From: Amoebidium appalachense
Taxonomy: Eukaryota > Protista > Ichthyosporea
Length of the DNA: 64,000 nt
Direction of reading: 5' to 3'
Assembly: GCA_963693365.1 (NCBI GenBank)
Contig: CAVNZM010000005.1
Location: forward strand, 5,649,167-5,713,166
Shown here: positions 60,357-64,000 of the stretch, piece by piece
Position numbering within the stretch: position 1 is the stretch's first letter
How the letters are laid out: each line of letters opens with the position of its first letter
The notes under the pieces: generated by a model
The model's input: the letters and a program-made list of their open reading frames with translations, nothing else
Told to the model about the DNA's origin: nothing
Database searches by the model: none
Program-made: the position numbers and the translations under genes

Positions 60357-63300
60357 CTACACGTTACTGAGTCGTGGAATACTAGCACTACGCGCGAACG
60401 GACCAGCAAATACACAATTTCGCCCACTTGAACTAATCTGGCGATGACTTTGGAATAGCAATATTGGAAAGGCAAGAGCTACAGTACAGTACATACATCG
60501 AAAAGGTGGTGTGTAGGTGTGTTGTGGTAGTAGTGGTGAACGGGGCCGTGTGCATGCGCATGTGTGCTGGGAGGAAGATTGCTTGGGGGGGCCAGCGAGA
60601 AGAAGGTTCCCCCGGGGGGGGGAGGGGAGGGGGGAGGGGAGGGGGGAGGGGAGGCCTTGTATGCCATGGAACAGCTGGCCAGACCAGTGTCGGGCTTCGT
60701 CTTAGTTCAATGAAGCTTGCATGAGGAGGCAGAGGTGGTGGGTGAGTGTGTGTGCGTGTACGTACATATGTGGGGGGGAGGGCCCCCAGGGGGAGGGAAG
60801 GGAAAGGGGAGTGGGTGGGGGGGAGGGGGGGGGGGGAAGACTTCAAATGAGCCAGACCCGAATTCAGAAAGAAACAAGTGACATGACTCATTGAATCCCA
60901 TTTAAGTCTAAGTGCAGGCTTTTTTGCTCGTTGTGTTACAAGCGATAGGGATTTTTGTGTGTTTATTATGCTGATACTGTGGAGAGAGGTCAGAGAGAGA
61001 GAAACTTCAAGGGCAGGGTTGGGCCCGGGGGGTGGGAGGGAGAAAGGGGGGGGGGGGGGGGGAGGGGTAATGAAGGGGCTAGCTCGAGATGTGTGTGCAC
61101 TGGTTTCTTCTTCTTTTTTTTCTCAGGGCACTTTTGATGATGGTGGTGGGGTGATAATTTCTCCACCTGTTTTTGCAAATATGTGTTCACATGCTATTTG
61201 AATGCCAGAAGCCTAACCATCTTCCTTGTTTCTTCTTTCGGGGGGAAGGGGTCGGGGCTGGGGGAGGGGGCCCGTGGGGGAGATAGGGGGACAGTGTCTA
61301 CCAGATATCTGTCTTATTCAGTTGAGTTCTTCACGCCGTGAGGCAGATCAGTAAGTAGGGAGGGGGAGGGAAGAGGTTCGACCTCTGAAGTTGTATCAGT
61401 CTTGCAAGATCTCATCTTTTTGAATTGACAATGTGTGTTTTCAAATTCCCTGTAGCATGCATATGCTTATCAGCTATAGTACATTAACCTTTTTTGCGTG
61501 GGTGCTATGTCCCAAAGTTTATCCCGTTAGCATTACTTGCATTGCAATTGGGTGGTGCAGGTGGTGGTGTTTTAATATTGGACACAGGCTGCGGGAATAA
61601 ATGTAGTGCACTAAGGCAACCAACTGCAGGATAAATTTGAGGTGTATGGTGACAGACGGCACCAATTCACGAGGGTCAACTTACATAGTAAATCCAGGAG
61701 TAAACAGGAAAAAAATCGAGAAAAAACTTTTTTTGAGTTTATCTTCTTTACATAATTGCAGATCTAGAAATCTGAATAGTCTGAGAAACTGTTTACAGAG
61801 TTGTTTAACCATGTATTGCCCATACATTGCTAAGTGAACAAAGTGCTTTTTGTACTGTACTGCATGCGCAAATTAACATGTATAGTAACTTGAAGAACAG
61901 TCGGTGCATGCGTTGTCATGTGACCACAATAGTTAGTGCAGACAAAGAAAGAAATTGGAGATTTCTTGGCTGGTGAAAATAGTTCCGTTTCTTCTTTTCT
62001 TTATTGCATCCCGTATTAGAGTTGCTCGCAGAGGTTCAACCTCCAGCTCACATAATAGACACATATGTACATGAAGTATTAGCATTGCGTCAATATTCGT
62101 ATCTAACTAGTACTCGGTGCATCATTTGTGTCCTACCTAGGTAATGCACGTGTACAGTGCAGCGACAGATGCGTGCGTGATAGCTTATTGCAAACATTCA
62201 TACCGTCTGAAAGATACTAACTAACTAATAATAATAATAGCCTCGTGTGAATTCGAACTGTACAACTGGCCTTCAAATTCTATGCGTTAGCTGTGCTCTA
62301 ATCTACTATCTATGATTTATTATGACTTTAGTGCAAATTCTCCCCAAAAACTTATAACACCGAGCACCAAACTGCCACACAAAGAAGAGGCCATTCAGCT
62401 CAATCTGTACTTTACACCAACGTTAAACGCTTCTGCGCTCATCCATTTAAGCCTGAGAATTATAAACACTAACAGCCACAAGTAATGAGTACCACTAGCG
62501 TCATAAACGCCACCACAAATCATGAATCCCGCGCGCCAACCAGCCCTATCTATCAGCAGAGTCTCGATCGTCCCGCGGACGCGCCACTGCCGCCAACATT
62601 ATTATGGCTGGTGCACGGCTACACTGTGAGCAGCCACGATAACGTGCACGTGCCTTGATTTACCGGGCTGGTAGTTCGCTGATCAGAATCGTCATGTTTA
62701 TGCACGCCGAAAGGGCTTCTGGAAAGAGGAAGCACGCTCACACTAGTGCCAATAACAACTGTTTGATCTGTGCTGGTTGGGGGCGGAGAAATTGATCTAG
62801 GGAGTAGGGAGGCGCCGGCGGTGGTGGGCACGCCCTGTTGTTGTGCAATAATATTGCTGATTGCGGCGGTCCAATTATTGCTTTTGCTCTGGCTGTGACC
62901 CATTGTGGCTGATTTAGGGGAAAGAGAGCTAGCGAGAGGATGATAGTTGTGATGATGTTCGTTTGAGTTTGTTGTTGATCTGGTCGAAGTGAATCCCAGG
63001 ATGTTGGTTTATAAATTAAAGGACAGATGCCGTTAGCCAATCAGCTGTGACTTTCGGCTTATGTTTACAGATTAGAATTTCCGGGGATGCGATGACGTCA
63101 GGGTACGAAATTTCTTCTGCCCCTCTCCCCACCCCCCCACGCTCTGAGATCTTTCCCTCCCCCTCCCGGAATCCCCCCTCCCCCCTCCCCCCCTCCCCCC
63201 TCCCCACCCCCTCTCCCCTCACCCGTGCCTTGCCATTCTTCCGTATCTTCCTGCTCTCCTGAAACGGACCGTATTTGATACAAACAACAAACGTGCTCCA

Positions 63301-64000
63301 ATCCGGAAACGCCTGTGACAGTGTGGCGCTACATGTACAGTACAAGGTTCCTGGTTAACGTTCACGCCGCAAACACGTGATCGATCGTCACATATGTGCG
63401 GTACTACGCAAACATACCACACATGTACACAGGGTGTTACACACACCATATACATGTGCAGAGACACACACGTACCCCGACGCACACATGACTGAATGGC
63501 ACCGCGCTTGGCAGTACACTGACCTGCAAAGGTACATGTACATGTGTACCTACGTATCCCTCCTCCCTCCCCTCCCCCCCCACCCCACCCCCCACCCCCC
63601 CCCCCCCCACCCCCCCCCCCTCCCTCCCGCGCCCCCAGGCAGCCAGGGGGAGGCCGCACTCACTCCGGTGTCAAGGTCATCGCATACCAGGCAACATTCC
63701 CGTCACCCTACTAACTAAACCAGATTGACCAAGGATTACCACACGGATACATAGCCGGCAAGATGGAGGAGGCCCCCCGGGCATGTTCGTCCTCACGTCG
63801 GCCCCACGGGTGCTCCCGGCGGGAGGAACCCCCTCAATTGTAACAGGAGGCATGCCCAGTCCTCGATACGGGCAGTAAGGAGCAACACAAGGAGTCTGTC
63901 AATGGATACACTATGCGCACCATATGCATATGCACAACTTCCGAATATATATATTGAGACCACCCCTCCGTCAGCAATAACCATCATCGGCGATTGCCCC

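Noticed and set aside
63875-64000. NIY...IIGD resembling a LINE AP-endonuclease fragment
   Set aside because: Spacing is too short, no other motifs are present, and it is truncated by the window edge.

Overview
Eukaryotic (probably protist) genomic DNA with spliceosomal GT-AG/GC-AG introns packed with poly-C/poly-G and (CA)n/(TG)n tracts; most ORF-track entries are translated microsatellite noise. Host genes I can reconstruct: the 3' part of a bacterial-type alpha/beta-hydrolase (acetylxylan-esterase-like) with a C-terminal membrane anchor (1162-7670,+); an intronless disordered protein with a repeated LP..dLH..LL.L motif (10441-12163,-); two intronless coiled-coil/F-box/LRR paralogues (12702-14339 and 39655-41387,+); a 3-exon putative mitochondrial protein (19908-23169,-); and a ~12-exon PILS/auxin-efflux-carrier-family transporter (45959-56659,-). 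Mobile DNA: a decayed P-element (THAP + transposase relic, 15180-18370) and a 6-exon DDE-type transposase gene with a complete WRN-like DEDDy 3'-5' exonuclease inserted inside its catalytic core (28414-35964,-). Upstream of that gene are clustered TGATTCACATT palindromes (36100-36187, 38944-39169). A dispersed repeat family shows compensatory base changes, a pseudoknot-like pairing, hammerhead-like motifs and a 436-bp partial tandem (1437-2058, 7905-8160, 48956-49021 and shorter copies). Several frameshifts fall in homopolymers, so assembly errors are likely. No database searches were run; family assignments rest on motif recognition.
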